NCBI RefSeq assembly: GCF_009834535.1
Contig: NC_045697.1
Coordinates: forward strand, 105,092,001-105,156,000
From: Camelus ferus
Taxonomy: Eukaryota
DNA length: 64,000 nucleotides
Reading direction: 5' to 3'
The stretch's first letter is position 1, and every line of letters starts with the position of its first letter. The translations under genes and the position numbers were made by a program. Shown in pieces: positions 40,601 to 53,495 of this stretch. Under the pieces are notes generated by a model. The model ran no database searches. It had not been told where the DNA came from and saw only the letters and a list, made by a program, of their open reading frames with translations.

Positions 40601-43600
40601 TCTCTTTATTTAAAAACAGGAGTATTTACAGAATGGAAAACTGTTTTTGCTCTATGGGATTGAAGCTTTTGCTTTAAAAATGTAAAAACTGTGCCAGTTA
40701 ACATTTGCAAATGTTTCTAAGTAATTAACAAGAAATGCCTTTCATTTATCGAGCAAATGAAGATGTGACTGTTTGAATTTTCACTGGTGAATGAGGCTAA
40801 TTTTAGAATTAAGAATGGCTTGAAGACTGGTAGATTAAGAAAACTGTATGTTGAAAGAAATCTCTGATTATTAAAAAATTTTAAACGTTGTTCACAAAAG
40901 TGTCTCTCGGTTTCTCTGGTGGTGCTGAAGATGAATTGTAAAGAGTTTCCAGGGGAGACAGCAACGTGCTGGGGCCGGTCAGGAAACGAAGGAAGATGAC
41001 CGGAAGTCGGTTGCTAGGAAGTGGCTCCCCGAGTCCCAGCCTAAATTCAGGGACGTTTCCTAGTATCTGCTGTAAGAGCTATGAGACAGATGGGCAAGGC
41101 GTGCATGCCAAAGAGATCAACCAGAGATGCCTCAGCCATCCTCAGATGAGACACTACTTTTAAAGTCTCTAAGGAGGCCAAAAATCTTTCCAGTAAAGTT
41201 GGATTCAGATTTTTTGATAAGAATACGAAGGGCTGATTTTCATAGTCGGGGTTGAGGGAGCCCACAGCAAGTGAAGACTGTGGTCTGCTGATGCTGAAGT
41301 TGGAATGTAGTGGTCTGTGCTTGGGAAGGCGGGCGGGTCTTCCACAGGACTTCACCGCACAGAACTGCTCCTTTGCAGACGACGCCCCACACAAGCACCG
41401 GTGGGAGCCACTGGGCCACTGGATGGGATCAATGCACAAAGAACACAACCAGGATGCATGCCCCCAATTACAGAGGGACAGGAGTCAGAGAAAGGCATCC
41501 AGATTTGCCACCACCTTGTGCAGTAGAAGTAAGTCACAAAGTTGCCGAAGCCACTTTGAAGCAAGGAGAGAGAACTCCAGGGGTTTGGGCCATCGTCAAC
41601 ACCGAGGGCGCTCTTCAGTGCATGGTTGTTAAATTTCCACTGCTAACCTGGCCTATAATAAATTTCTTCATTCTGAGAGGTTAGCTCTTTGAAAACAAGG
41701 CCAGTGTCTGCCTTCTCCCTCCTACAGTGGCAACATCACAGGCAACATCTGGAATTTTGGAGGCGCATGATGGATACTTGCTGAGTGAATCAATGGGAAG
41801 GTACATCAGAGATGTTCTTTTTAAACATTCTGAAACCTTCCCTCCTAATAATTACCTGGTAATAGAATAACTGCTTTTCTTCAACACTATGTAAGCATGG
41901 TTTTACAATATTACGTTCTCAAAACAAACACTGTACAAAACACTGAAGGAGGAACATGCAACAGTTACATCCTAGAGTCTCTTGTTTTTGTGACCTAACT
42001 CAGCCACTGGCTTTTACATTTGTTGTTGGCAGATTTTCTTTTCAAAATAATGAAGCAGCACATTCGGAAGAAACCATTTTTATTAGCTCTGCTAGTTCAG
42101 CTTTTAAGAGTCTCTCTGTCAAAATGTAAATCATTATTTTCCAATCAGCAAACATCCTGACTCTTCTTCCATCTTCAGTCCCCCAATTTATGACAGACAA
42201 TTTTTACTTTCCTTTTTCAATCACTGTAATGCATATGTATTTTGTGACTTGATAAAATGATAAAGAAATTTAAAAAATCTGTTAGAACTGGGTTATTAGC
42301 CTTTAAAAGGTAGGTTACCTGCCCCAGAAAAATCATCACCTTGAAAGATACTAATGCCATTAAGTATTGTACTGATTTACTGCAGAAGACTGAAGGGCTG
42401 TTGGAAAGTTAGTTGATTTTCTGTACATTATAGAGGTGAGGGCAGAGGACTTTACTGTAACATAATCTGCACCCTCTCCCCATTTTTATAACCACAATAT
42501 ATTACTGTGAAGATGAAGAGAAGAGGATATTTATTTAGAATGCCAAAAAGCAGCAGATTACTAGTCTCTAGATTTTTCCAAAAAAAAAAAAAAAAAAAAA
42601 GACTATGTTATATTCCTTACTGTGCATGCCTGTTAATTTAAAGTGAATGAAATCAGTGATTAGAAGCCTGAGAAAACAATATCTGTGGCAGATGATACAA
42701 GTGGAGCCTTAGAGAAGAGGCAGAGCATGTCCCAAGTGATGGATCTATGCTTTCTGGGCGGCTGAGTGCGGTAAACCTGCGCGGCGAGGGTTTTTCTTCC
42801 TTTCCTGCTGTCTCCATGTCCCTCCGCCCTCCTCTTCCACAAGCCCAGAGCTCACCCTCCATCCTAGAGCCTGGCTCTTAGGCACAGGGGCTGATTCAGG
42901 TTTAGAGAGATGTTCTATAACCTTACACAGTAATGGGTAATTAAAAAAAAATTTAGATTTGTTTTATTTATGCTTTTTGTGTTTTCTTTTGGTTTGTATG
43001 TTTTCCAAGTCGCTATATCAAAAAGTCTCAAACTCTAAAATAAAGGGTTCTGTTCCAAGAGGCATGAAAAGCTATTATTTTGTTTTGTCAATCGGCTTTC
43101 TAAAAATGGACAGTTTTTTTTTTTTTTTTTACTTCTAAATAGATGGATAACTTATAATGTGTGACTGAAAATCAGGGTGTTGGAAAAATGGCTATGATTT
43201 AAGGGATGCTCCATACTTTATGGGTGGTGGTGACTGTTACGAGTTTGCACTGGATCCACTACACTCTGCTCTCTATACTTACAGCTCCTTTCTGAAAAAC
43301 GGGGTCAAACGCCTTCTTGCCATGGGTGGTCACGTTTTGTACCATGGGGACCTATAACCGGCCTGTGCCAGCCTGGGTAAGGTGGGGACAGCAGAGACAA
43401 AGGCAGCTATTTGTCTACACCCTCGGGAGGACTCAATCCAATCAGAAGCTCTGTGGTGGATGGTGACCAACCAATTGGCTGGGACCTTCTTTTGGGAAAT
43501 TTGAATACAAGACACGCAGGTGACAACGAAGCGAGATCAACAGATGGCACTAAGTAGAAACACGCGCAGTGAAAACCCAAAGCAACAAAGTGGGGAGGAG

Positions 43601-46501
43601 ACAGCTTGGTGGAGAGCAGGTAAAAAGAGAAAAAAATCAAAGAGAAAAGCCCTAGAAATTGAAAAACACTGTATCCTAAGACACAAGCCCAGTATTTCCC
43701 AAAGACTCACTGTGAAAATAGCAATATTCTTATAATAAAACTCCGTCATCTGAGGTAACCTGAAGGAGTTAGAATAACACGAACCACTATGAACAAAGCA
43801 AAAACCCCCACTCTTTTACCGGGGAGTTGGAAAAACAATGGCGCGTGACAGGAAATATCAGCGAGTGTGTGTAGCCGGAAGGTGGCTGTAGACCAGCCAA
43901 GGAGACCTGTGTGTCTGAGACGGTCTCAGACGGAGGAAGGATGTCTCTGCCTCTAGGCTACTGAGACCACAAATAAGGCATCCCAGGCCCCACGGTGGGA
44001 AGGTTACAATCTTAGGACCACTGGCCCGTTATGTAAGACGACCTACCAGGATAGACTGCAAATGAAGAAGTTAAAAAAAAAAAAAAAAGATAGAAGCAAC
44101 AATGACATCTGTATATCCAGCAGAGGGTTTCCAATGTTCCTGGGTTTTATATTTTAAAAGACCCAAGATAAGCAGCCTATTGTGTAAGCTAGTCAAGGCA
44201 CAAGTGTGCGCCTACAATGACGTATATATTCTTGGGAGGCATGAATGTTTGCTTCGAATGCTTGTATTGCTTCTATTCTAAGATGTCATCAGTCTCAAAA
44301 TAGGACACCAATTTTAGTAGAGTTTTGAAGAAACTAATAAAAAATAAATCTACATCTTGGTTGCAAATTATAATCACAACAGTTAAAATCTGAAAGGGGA
44401 AAAAAATGCCTTAGAGTTGAAGAAATACAGTAAATCTTTAAATGCGGTTTGCTTTGGGACCAATCCTGAACTTTCCTCTGGGAATTTTGCAGGGTAAAAA
44501 TGCCAGTTGTTCAATTCAAGTTGTATTACTGAGACAATTAATATGGCTTAACTTAATATATGAAGATTCAAAAAACATACTTCCTCTGATGTATAGAAAT
44601 GTGTTATTTTCCCCTCCATTTGACTGCTCAGAAGTCCCATTGAAATTCTTATTGTCTACAGGCAAGAGGAATGGAAATAAAAATACTGAGGAATGGTATT
44701 TCTTCATAAAACTTGGTACACTTGGGCTTTCTAAACTTCTACAGACTACTGCATATCCTGCCTCAAGAGACCCTTAAAGATATAAAAACCGTTTTTCTTA
44801 TTGGATTTCAGATATTAAAGCTCCTCCGTCCCTGGCGTAGATCCTGTAATTTCTCTCACCAGACTGACACTGCGTGTGAGTTTCTCAGGTGACCACACCA
44901 GCTGGTTGGAGCAAGTTGCTGGCAGGTAAAGCCAATTTTCCTCAAGTAAAAAGATCTCTCTCTCTGGGCTCCCCCTGTCAGTCAAGGTTCTGTCATTCTT
45001 TGGTTTCTGGGTCTTTTGTTTTTCACTTACTTCTCCATTTCAGTTTTTAAAGCATTTCCCAGCAGGAGATTTACTAAAGTCTCTAAGTCTCCCCCCTCCC
45101 CTTCCCCCTCCTTCCTGTTTGGGGAAAACTTTGGCTCTCTGCATGTCTAATTCTTTACCTCTTCTGCTCAGGAGCATGATTAATCTTCTGTTTCCTTTGT
45201 TTTTAGTTCAAAATCGTGAACACTATTCTCTTTGAGTTTTATTACAAAATGTGTTCGTATGATTGATAAACTAGAAAAGAGAGAAGAAACACCTTATCTG
45301 TAACCTCACTTCATGCACACAAGCATTCTTGCTATTCTCCCGTTTCCTCCTAAGTCTTCTGACTCATGCAAATCTTTTCATATAGTGCTGTAATCACAGA
45401 ATAAGGAACCTAAATACATTTGCATACTCCTTTTTCATTATTACGTTTTTGCAGAAAGTATTCTGTGTTGTTATGATTTTTCATCACTGTTAATTTTATT
45501 GCCGGATTAATACTGCATTCTGTGGATGGATTTTAATTTAAATGTTTTCCTCTCTGGTTCCATTCTTCTCAAGAATATACGAGAGTATCTGTTTCTTTGA
45601 ATGGCTCCCAGTATTAACCTCTTGTCTCTCTTCCTTTTCTCATCTAGCTGCCTTCTCTCCAGTCTCTGAAAAAGTAACCGTGAGGTCTGCCTTTGCTGTG
45701 GCTTCCTGGCTCTGAGATTCTTTTCTCTTTTCACAGGACAAGTTCTATTCCAAGAGGAAAAGGTAGACCTGAGATGGCCACCCTTTAAAGGCTCCATCCA
45801 GCTCAACCCAGTAGAAGTGCTGGCTGGGGTTAAGGACAGCTGCAGAGAGCCTTGGAAGTAAATTGAAACCAGAATTAGGAAGATCAGGTGGTTGGTGAAG
45901 TTTACATGTTTAAAGCTACAGGAAGCAAGACTGGAGTATTTTAGAGCCTTCATTAAAGGCATGTACAAGTGGATTTAGCATCATATCTGATGAAATATGA
46001 AATGGGGCGGGGCGGTTGGAAAAGAGGAAAGACAACTGTATTAGAATCCTTAGGTTGCATTTTTCAAGTCTCTGATGATCTAATCTTGGATTCCAAGTTC
46101 CTCATCTGTACGTGGGAGGACTGGGATAGATGAACCCTAAGAGCTCCTCTGAATTCTACGGCCAGAGGGTGGTCAAGCTAGAAACACCCCCAAAGGACTC
46201 ATTCGTGGTCTGAGGGCCACAGAGCCTTAATGCTGCACTTTATGTATTTTAGAAGCTCTAGACAGCACACACAGATCATCCTCTTCAAAACACTAGCGAG
46301 AAAAAGCGAAGTGATTAATTCCTTTGGAGGAGGCTCTGCAAAGCAGTAAACTCTCTTGTAAAGAGAACCACAGCTTTCTGAGTGGCAGGCCCAGCCCAGG
46401 GCTGGAAGAACTGTGATTTTCCTTTCAATTTCTCTCCTGACATTCTCACATCTTCTGCTGTATTTTCCTTTGCACACAGCCTAAAGCTCAGCAGGATTTT
46501 A

Positions 46502-47353
46502 TTTTCTTTACTTATTTCTTATTGAAGTACAGTCATTTTAACAATGTTCTGTCAATTTCTGGTGTACAGCACAGTAATTCAGTCATACAGGAACATACAT
46601 ATATTCGTTTTCATATTCTTTCTCATCACAGGTTACTATAAGATATTGAACATAGTTCCCTGTGTTATACAGAAGAAACTTGATGTTTATCTATTTTGTA
46701 TAAATTAGTTAGAACCTGCAAATCTCAAACTCTCAATTTATTCCCCCCCAGTAACCATAAGTTTGTTTTCTACGTCTGTGAGTCTGTTTCTGACTTGTAA
46801 ATAAGTTTGTCTTTTTTTTTTTTTAAGATTCCACATATGAGTAATATCATATGGTATTTTTCTTTCTCTTTCTGGCTTACTTCACTTAGAATGACAATCT
46901 CCAGGTCCATCCATGTTGCTGAAAATGGCATTATTTTATTATTTTTTATGACTGAGTAGTATTCCATCACATAAATATCTACAACTTCTTTATCTAGTCA
47001 TCTGTCGATGGACATTTAGGTTGCTTCCATGTCTTGGCTATTGTAAATAGTGCTGCTATGAACATTGGGTGCATGTGTCTTTGAATTAAGGTTCCCTCTG
47101 GATATATGCCCAGGAGAGGGACTGCTGGGTCACATGGTAAGTCTATTTTTAGTCTTGAGGAATCTCCATACTGTTTTCCATAATGGCTGCAACAAACTAC
47201 ATTCCCACCAACAGTGTAGGAGGGTTCCCTTCTCTCCACACCCTCTCCGGCATTTAATGTGCGTGGACTTTTGAACAATGGCCATCCTGACTGTTGCAAG
47301 GTGATACCTCATTGTAGTTTTGATCTGTATTTTTCTGATAACTAGCGATAATG
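46502..47353 (-). mobile_element. Young 5'-truncated L1 in sense orientation to NR3C2
   Basis: ORFs 46994..47299 and 46770..46970 are the L1 ORF2 C-terminus; perfect 18-bp TSD AAGCTCAGCAGGATTTTA (46484-46501 and 47354-47371) ending in a TTTT/AA endonuclease site. Confidence 0.95.
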
Positions 47354-48384
47354 AAGCTCAGCAGGATTTTAAAGAAAAGTGTTACCACTGGTAGCAAGAG
47401 GAAGGGAAGGGACCCAGAGAAAAGGGAAGCGGCACATTTTATGGCTTTACTTTCTGAGAACTATAAACCTACTCCTTCCTTCCTCCACTTTCTAAGGGAG
47501 AGGCTAGTTTGGGGACCTGGTTGGGATTACATGCTAACCAACTGATAACACGGGGGAAAAAATATTCTCAAGTGTTTTGGATTCCTGATGTCTTTAGAAC
47601 GGGATGGCTAATTCGGTTCTCCGAGTCATGACCATTCACTAACAGAAAACATCTTCCAAGTATTATCCAGGGTTGCATCTGCCTTATTCTCCAAGAGAGG
47701 TAGGAGAGAAGACGGATAAATAAAAAAGCCTGGACAGGCCTGCTTTGCTAGGAAAACAGGAGTGAGATTGGAACATATATTAAAAGGTTTTAATTTAATT
47801 CATACATTTAATTAAAAAACTGCTTCACATTAAAAGCCTGAATTTTTAATATGGTCATATTATCCACTTTAATATAATCAAATCACTTGCATTTCTTTTT
47901 GCCCAAGTTAAAACAGAAAGTGAGGCTTCAAAATAAATTTTATTAAAGAAAAAACAACATATGTTATTACCATGAGTGGATAATTAGTAAAAGTTAATTA
48001 TTCAACCTGTGAACCAAAAGTAGTTAAATTATAACTTGAACCTAAAGAAAATATGACTTTTATAAATAATAATTTCCATTCTGCCCATTTTTGACCCTGC
48101 TTTCAATGGGCTCAAGATTCAAGGGAAGAATTTTCTTTGGTAAAAATGTTTTACACCAAGATCCACAAAACCCAGCCTGCATGTACGGAAACCAACAACA
48201 ACGTATGTGAATTCTGTATTACGTACTGTGCCAAACCTCACACACAGATCATTATAGACAAAAGTCAAAAACCTGGGTACCACAGCTGCCACTGACAGAC
48301 AACCTGGGCCATTAAAAAAAAAGCCAATCTTAAACAGGGGCCCTGGGTCACACAGAAGAGTGATGTTGGGCACCAGCTTTGACC

Positions 48385-48560
48385 AAGGACTGAGATCTCA
48401 GTCTGGCTCTGCCACTCCCTGGAGCTGTGGCTGTGGGCCAGCTCTTCAACCTCTCAGGGCCTCCATGAACTCACTTCTAAAATGGATGGATTAATAGAAT
48501 GTATTGCACAGTGCTATGTGAGGTTAAAAAGGCATGATACGCATGAAGCAGAATGCTGAG
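48385..48560 (+). mobile_element. MIR
   Basis: GGCTCTGCCACT...GCTGTGGCTGTGGGCCAGCTCTTCAACCTCTCAGGGCCTC...TAAAATGG. Confidence 0.7.
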
Positions 48561-48770
48561 AACATACAACCTTCAAAAATGACAGTTAATCATGCATTCA
48601 TTCAACAAATGGCCATAGAACACCTACTTTTTACCAGGCACTATTCTAGTCACTGGGGATAAAGCCATGAACAAAACAGACCAAAATTCCCCCAAGATGG
48701 AATGTACAGTCTAGCAGAAAATATCTCACACTTAAATAGTGCTTACAATTATTTACTATTATTGCTAAAC

Positions 48771-48970
48771 CAGCAGGTCTCAACGCCACCCAGGGGACAC
48801 TTAGCAGAGTTTGGAAACATTTTTGGTTGTCACAACTCGGCGAGAAGGGACAGCTACTGACATCTAGTAAGTGAAGACCAGGGAGGCTGATAAACATCCT
48901 ATGACACACAGGATGGCCCCACAGCAAAGACTGATCTTGCCTCAAATTCCAACAGAACAGAGAAACTCTG
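48771..48970 (+). mobile_element. MER20 (hAT-Charlie)
   Basis: CCAGGGGACACTT...CATTTTTGGTTGTCACAACT...TAAACATCCTA...GAGAAACTCTG. Confidence 0.85.
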
Positions 48971-49789
48971 TTCTAAAGGTTATGCATTGACTCAGTTAAT
49001 CCTGAACACAACCCTAAGGGGTAGGAATTATAAGTATGGCTATTTCATTAGTATTTTATAGTAACCAATAGTAATTCTATTTTATGAAGTGATTATATAA
49101 TATTTATAGTAGTATTTACATACTGTATGTAAATATATTATGTAATATCTGTAACATTATATAAAAATTATATCAAGATACTTTAAAACACACCTCAGCA
49201 CTGTGTCTGTGTGTGTAAATTCAGATGGCAGATTTTACAAAACTGATTCCAAGTTCATTTTATGACCAATGGTCATACCACTGTGCTATTTAGATTTTAA
49301 AGTATTAATCTCTCCCGATCCTCACTCATGTGCTTCAGAAGGTGATCTTTTGTGCCACATCTGCGCTGATTTAGATGTTAGAACAAGGAAGCAGTGTGGT
49401 CCATCAGAAACACCAGATTGGGAGTCCCAAGATCCAAGATCTAGCTTCACTGTCTCACTGGCTGTGGCACCTTGGGGCAAGTCACTTCACTTCTCTGGGG
49501 ACCTGAGGTTCACCATCACCAAAGACACGGGGCAATCGTGTCCTTCAGATGGTGTGTGACAGTGCTATGGGACCTGCAGTGACCAGCTGCTGACATGAAC
49601 TGAGTGGTCCCTTGTTTTCACTGTACACTATCTCATTTACTCCTCACCACAGCCTCGGAGGCAGGTACGTGGATCAGCGCAAGTTGAAGATAAGGAAGCA
49701 GGGGCACTGAAAGGTGGCAACTTGTCCCTGGATTACAAGGTCAGGAAGTGGCGGAACGAGGGTTCTCATCATAGCTATAATTAATTTTC

Positions 49790-51300
49790 CTTCCTTTCCT
49801 TGTCTCCCAGCTACTCAGTCCTTTCTACTGAGACAACCACCATTACTAGTTCTTGTATATCATTCCAGAAATGTTCTATACAATATACATTCCTCTTTGA
49901 AAGCAGATATGCAACTTGTAGTATACAAAACACACTATTTTGCAACCTGATTTTCTTCATTAAACAATAAATTGGAAACCAGTCCATAGAGCTCCTTTTA
50001 TTCTTATTCTGAAGAGTATTCTGTAATTTATTTAATCAATTCTGAACAGACACATATTTAATGTATGTCTGATATTTAATAATGCTACAATGAATATCTT
50101 ATGCATGTATCATTTCTTACGTTGCCAGAATATACTTAAAATAAATTCCTGAAAGTCGAACTGGTGAGTCAAAGGGTGTGTGCCTTTTAACATTTTATTG
50201 AAATAGCTAAACTGCTCTCCATAGGGGTTATAGCAATTTATAAGTCCACCTAAAATGCATGAGATCAACACTGAGTTTCACTTTTACTTCTATATTCATC
50301 AAATATATCACAAATTATTCCATCTTTGCCATTTGTAAAAAATCATATCCCACATTTTAAATTCACATTTCTCTTACTAGGATTAGATTAGCAATTTTTT
50401 CACGTGTTTCAAGAACCAACTGTATTTTTAAAAATCTATGTTTTGTTCATATTCTTTTTCCATTCATTCTTATTTTTCTAATGAGTTGGTTTCTTTCTCT
50501 TATGGAATTATAGGAGTTCTTTATCTACATGAGAAATAAATGCTTTGTCTATGAGTTGCAAGTATTTGCCCCTGGTTTCTTATTATTTGCCTTTGCAGTA
50601 ATATTTGATTCGTAAGTACTGTTGATTTCCTTAATTATTTCATAGCTTCTGGGTTTATTTCATACTTTAAAAAGTCTTCTCCACTTACAGAGTATTTAAA
50701 AAAATCCATGTTTTCCGTTAGGACTTCTGTGTTACATTTCAAAGTTGAAACCTTTGAAAGACCAGAATTTATTTTGGAGGACAATTAGGAGTTTGGATTC
50801 CAGGTTCTTGTTTTCCAGATGGCTTCCCAGTTGTCACAACAATTTCTATTGAATAATCTATCCTTTTCCCACTGAGCTGAAATGCCAACTTTATTATGTA
50901 CAAAATTCTCACATTATTGGAATCTCTTTCTTGCCTTTCTGCTGATCTGACAATCAATAAACAAATACACAGACTATTTTAATTACTGTAGCTGCATCAT
51001 ATGCTGTATGATGTGGTAGAGCTAGATGCCCTCATTATTCATCTCTTCCAGAATTTTGCTGGCTGTTCTTTAGGAACTTAGAATCACCAAGTGGTACTCT
51101 TGTTAGACTTGGGTAATATTTATAAACTACCTTAGAGAAAACTGATACCTTTAGGAAGATGAATCTTCCCATCCGTGGACATTGTATACTTTTGTGTTTT
51201 GTTCAAGGCTTTACCTCCCCCACTCTTTTGGTGAGCTCCTTTGCCATTTTTTAAGTTGTTTTTCATACAGGTTTTCCTTTATTACATTTACTCCTACAGT
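49790..51300 (-). mobile_element. Ancient L1 (L1ME-like) 3' region
   Basis: Reverse-strand L1 motifs: AATGCTACAATGAATATCTT, CTGGTGAGTCAAAGGGT, CCAGTTGTCACAACAATTTCTATTGAATAAT, GAATCTTCCCATCC. Confidence 0.75.
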
Positions 51301-51592
51301 CAGGAATATATTCCTATCAGGTTAATGTTATCACATACAGGTCTTATTTCTAAACAGATATGTCAATGAAAACTGTTAGCTACAGTTTTATATGTCATTC
51401 ATTTTTTTGTTTTGTTTTCATTTCGGTTTATATGCCCAGTTCTTGAAACCTTAGAAAACTCAGAGTTGAAAACTTCACTAGGACCACAGCCACGTAACAC
51501 GCTTCTTTTTAACCTCTTCTAAGAAATACTTTTCTCCTAAATGTTTTAGCACAAATACAGAACTTACCAGATTTTTAGAAATCTTTGCTTCA

Positions 51593-51847
<255 letters not shown>

Positions 51848-52367
51848 TTAATATAAAGTACTAATATGTATTACCAGATAATGAAACTTCCTCTTCGGTG
51901 CCTTGAAATCTCTTTTTCAAAAAAGTAGAAAGCAAACATGTTTGCCAATACCATAGGCACAGGAATGGTCAGTTTAACACAGCTGACACTTTAGGTTACA
52001 GATGATAAGTTTAACACTACACTTATTTCCTATAGATCCTCATGTAAGTGGAGTCACACTCCCCACTGTTTGAATTTCTCAGCAGGCGCCCTCTCAGGTG
52101 ACGGTGCACATTTCACTCAGACATCGCCCGCACCAATCTAAACAAAGGCCCTGCTGTGGCTGTTTAAGCTGCTCTGCCTCCACCCTCCTCCCCACCCTGC
52201 CCCACCCCATTTACACATGTGATTTCAGCGGGAAGACTTGCCAATTACACAACTGGAAATGTTCAACTATTTCATTCTGCAAGCCAGACGGGCACCAAGA
52301 GGATTCAGACATGGAATACACTTAAAGAGTGGCACCTACTGGCAACATGTAAAATTATACCCTAGCT

Positions 52368-53495
52368 TTATTGCTTGTTTATGTATTCAAAAACAAAGTT
52401 ACTGACCATCCACTGGGGACCAAGCACCACTAGAAACAATGGGAAATAGCACTGGAGCAGACAAAGTCCCGGCCCCCGTGACCTTTCAATGAGGGGGAGA
52501 CAGTCAACAGACAAGGTCATTAGGTAAATCATACAAACGTGAGACAGTAATAGGGGCTAGGGAGGAAAATGAAGGGAAGGGACATACGACGTGGGGGAGG
52601 AGAGGGAGGGTGTTGACATTTCAGAAAGAGTGCAGGGAAAGCCTCGCTGGAAGGTGTTTTTTAAATAAAGGTCTGAAAAAAGGAAGGCACTAATTGTGTG
52701 GACATCTTGAGGAGAAAATATAGAAGGGCAGAGGGAGACCAAAATGAGGGAGGGATGGGGTGGTTACCTGGCATGTTTAAGGAATAGCCGAGTGTGAAAG
52801 ACAGAAAGAATGAGTGAACAGTAAGAGGAGATGAGGAAAAAGTCTAGTGTGAGTCAGATCATGTAAGGCCTTAAGGATCACGTTTGAGACTTTGAGTGAG
52901 ATGCGAAGCCATGGGCCGGGAGAGCTTTGAACAGAAAAATGACTTGATGGGACGTACCTTTAATTGGATCGCTCTGGCTGCTGTGCAGAAAACTGACTGC
53001 ACAGGACTAAGGACAGAAGCAAGGAGACTGGGGTGGGAGGCTGTCCCTATAATCTAGGGGAAGATGATGGCAGGTTGGGTTAGTGAGGGAGCAGTGACAG
53101 TGACAAAAAGTGGTCAGGCTCTAGAGGAATTTTGAAGGTAGGGTTGCTAGAATTTGCTGAGAGATCTGTGATAAAGGGGAGTTAAAGAGGTATTAAATTC
53201 TTAAAAACTGAACTGCCATGAATTAAAATGGAGACCATGCGGCTGATGGGGAATTACCCCGGCTTAGCCTTCGACACGCTACGTTTGAGACAGCTGAGAG
53301 GTGTCTAAGTGGAAGTGCCAAGGGGGCAGTTAGACACACAGGTCTGGAGTTCTGGAGAGGTCTGGGGTGGAGATGGCATCAGCCTGTGGTCATGATTTTA
53401 AGTTGTGAGACTGGGGGAGACAATTCGGAGACTGGAAAGAGAAGAGGTCTGAGGACTGAGTCATGGGTCACTGGAAACATCCAGACAAAGTAGAA
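52368..53495 (-). mobile_element. L2 (L2a-like) 3' kilobase
   Basis: GATCGCTCTGGCTGCTGTG, TTTTGAAGGTAG, GGCAGTTAGACACACAGGTCTGGAGTTC are typical reverse-strand L2 motifs. Confidence 0.8.

Noticed and set aside
41047..41684. Cluster of 70-133 aa ORFs
   Set aside because: No domain similarity that I recognise and no convincing exon structure; expected in locally GC-richer sequence.
43917..43928. Adjacent BsmBI/BsaI sites suggesting engineered DNA
   Set aside because: No vector, linker or codon-optimised sequence nearby; context is continuous intron.
45507..45968. 153-aa minus-strand ORF
   Set aside because: TTG start and no recognisable homology; not MR sequence, and exons 4 and 5 already join in frame.
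48954..48974. AGAACAGAG-AAA-CTCTGTTCT palindrome as a GRE
   Set aside because: Half-site spacing is 9 rather than 3 nt and it overlaps the MER20 terminus.
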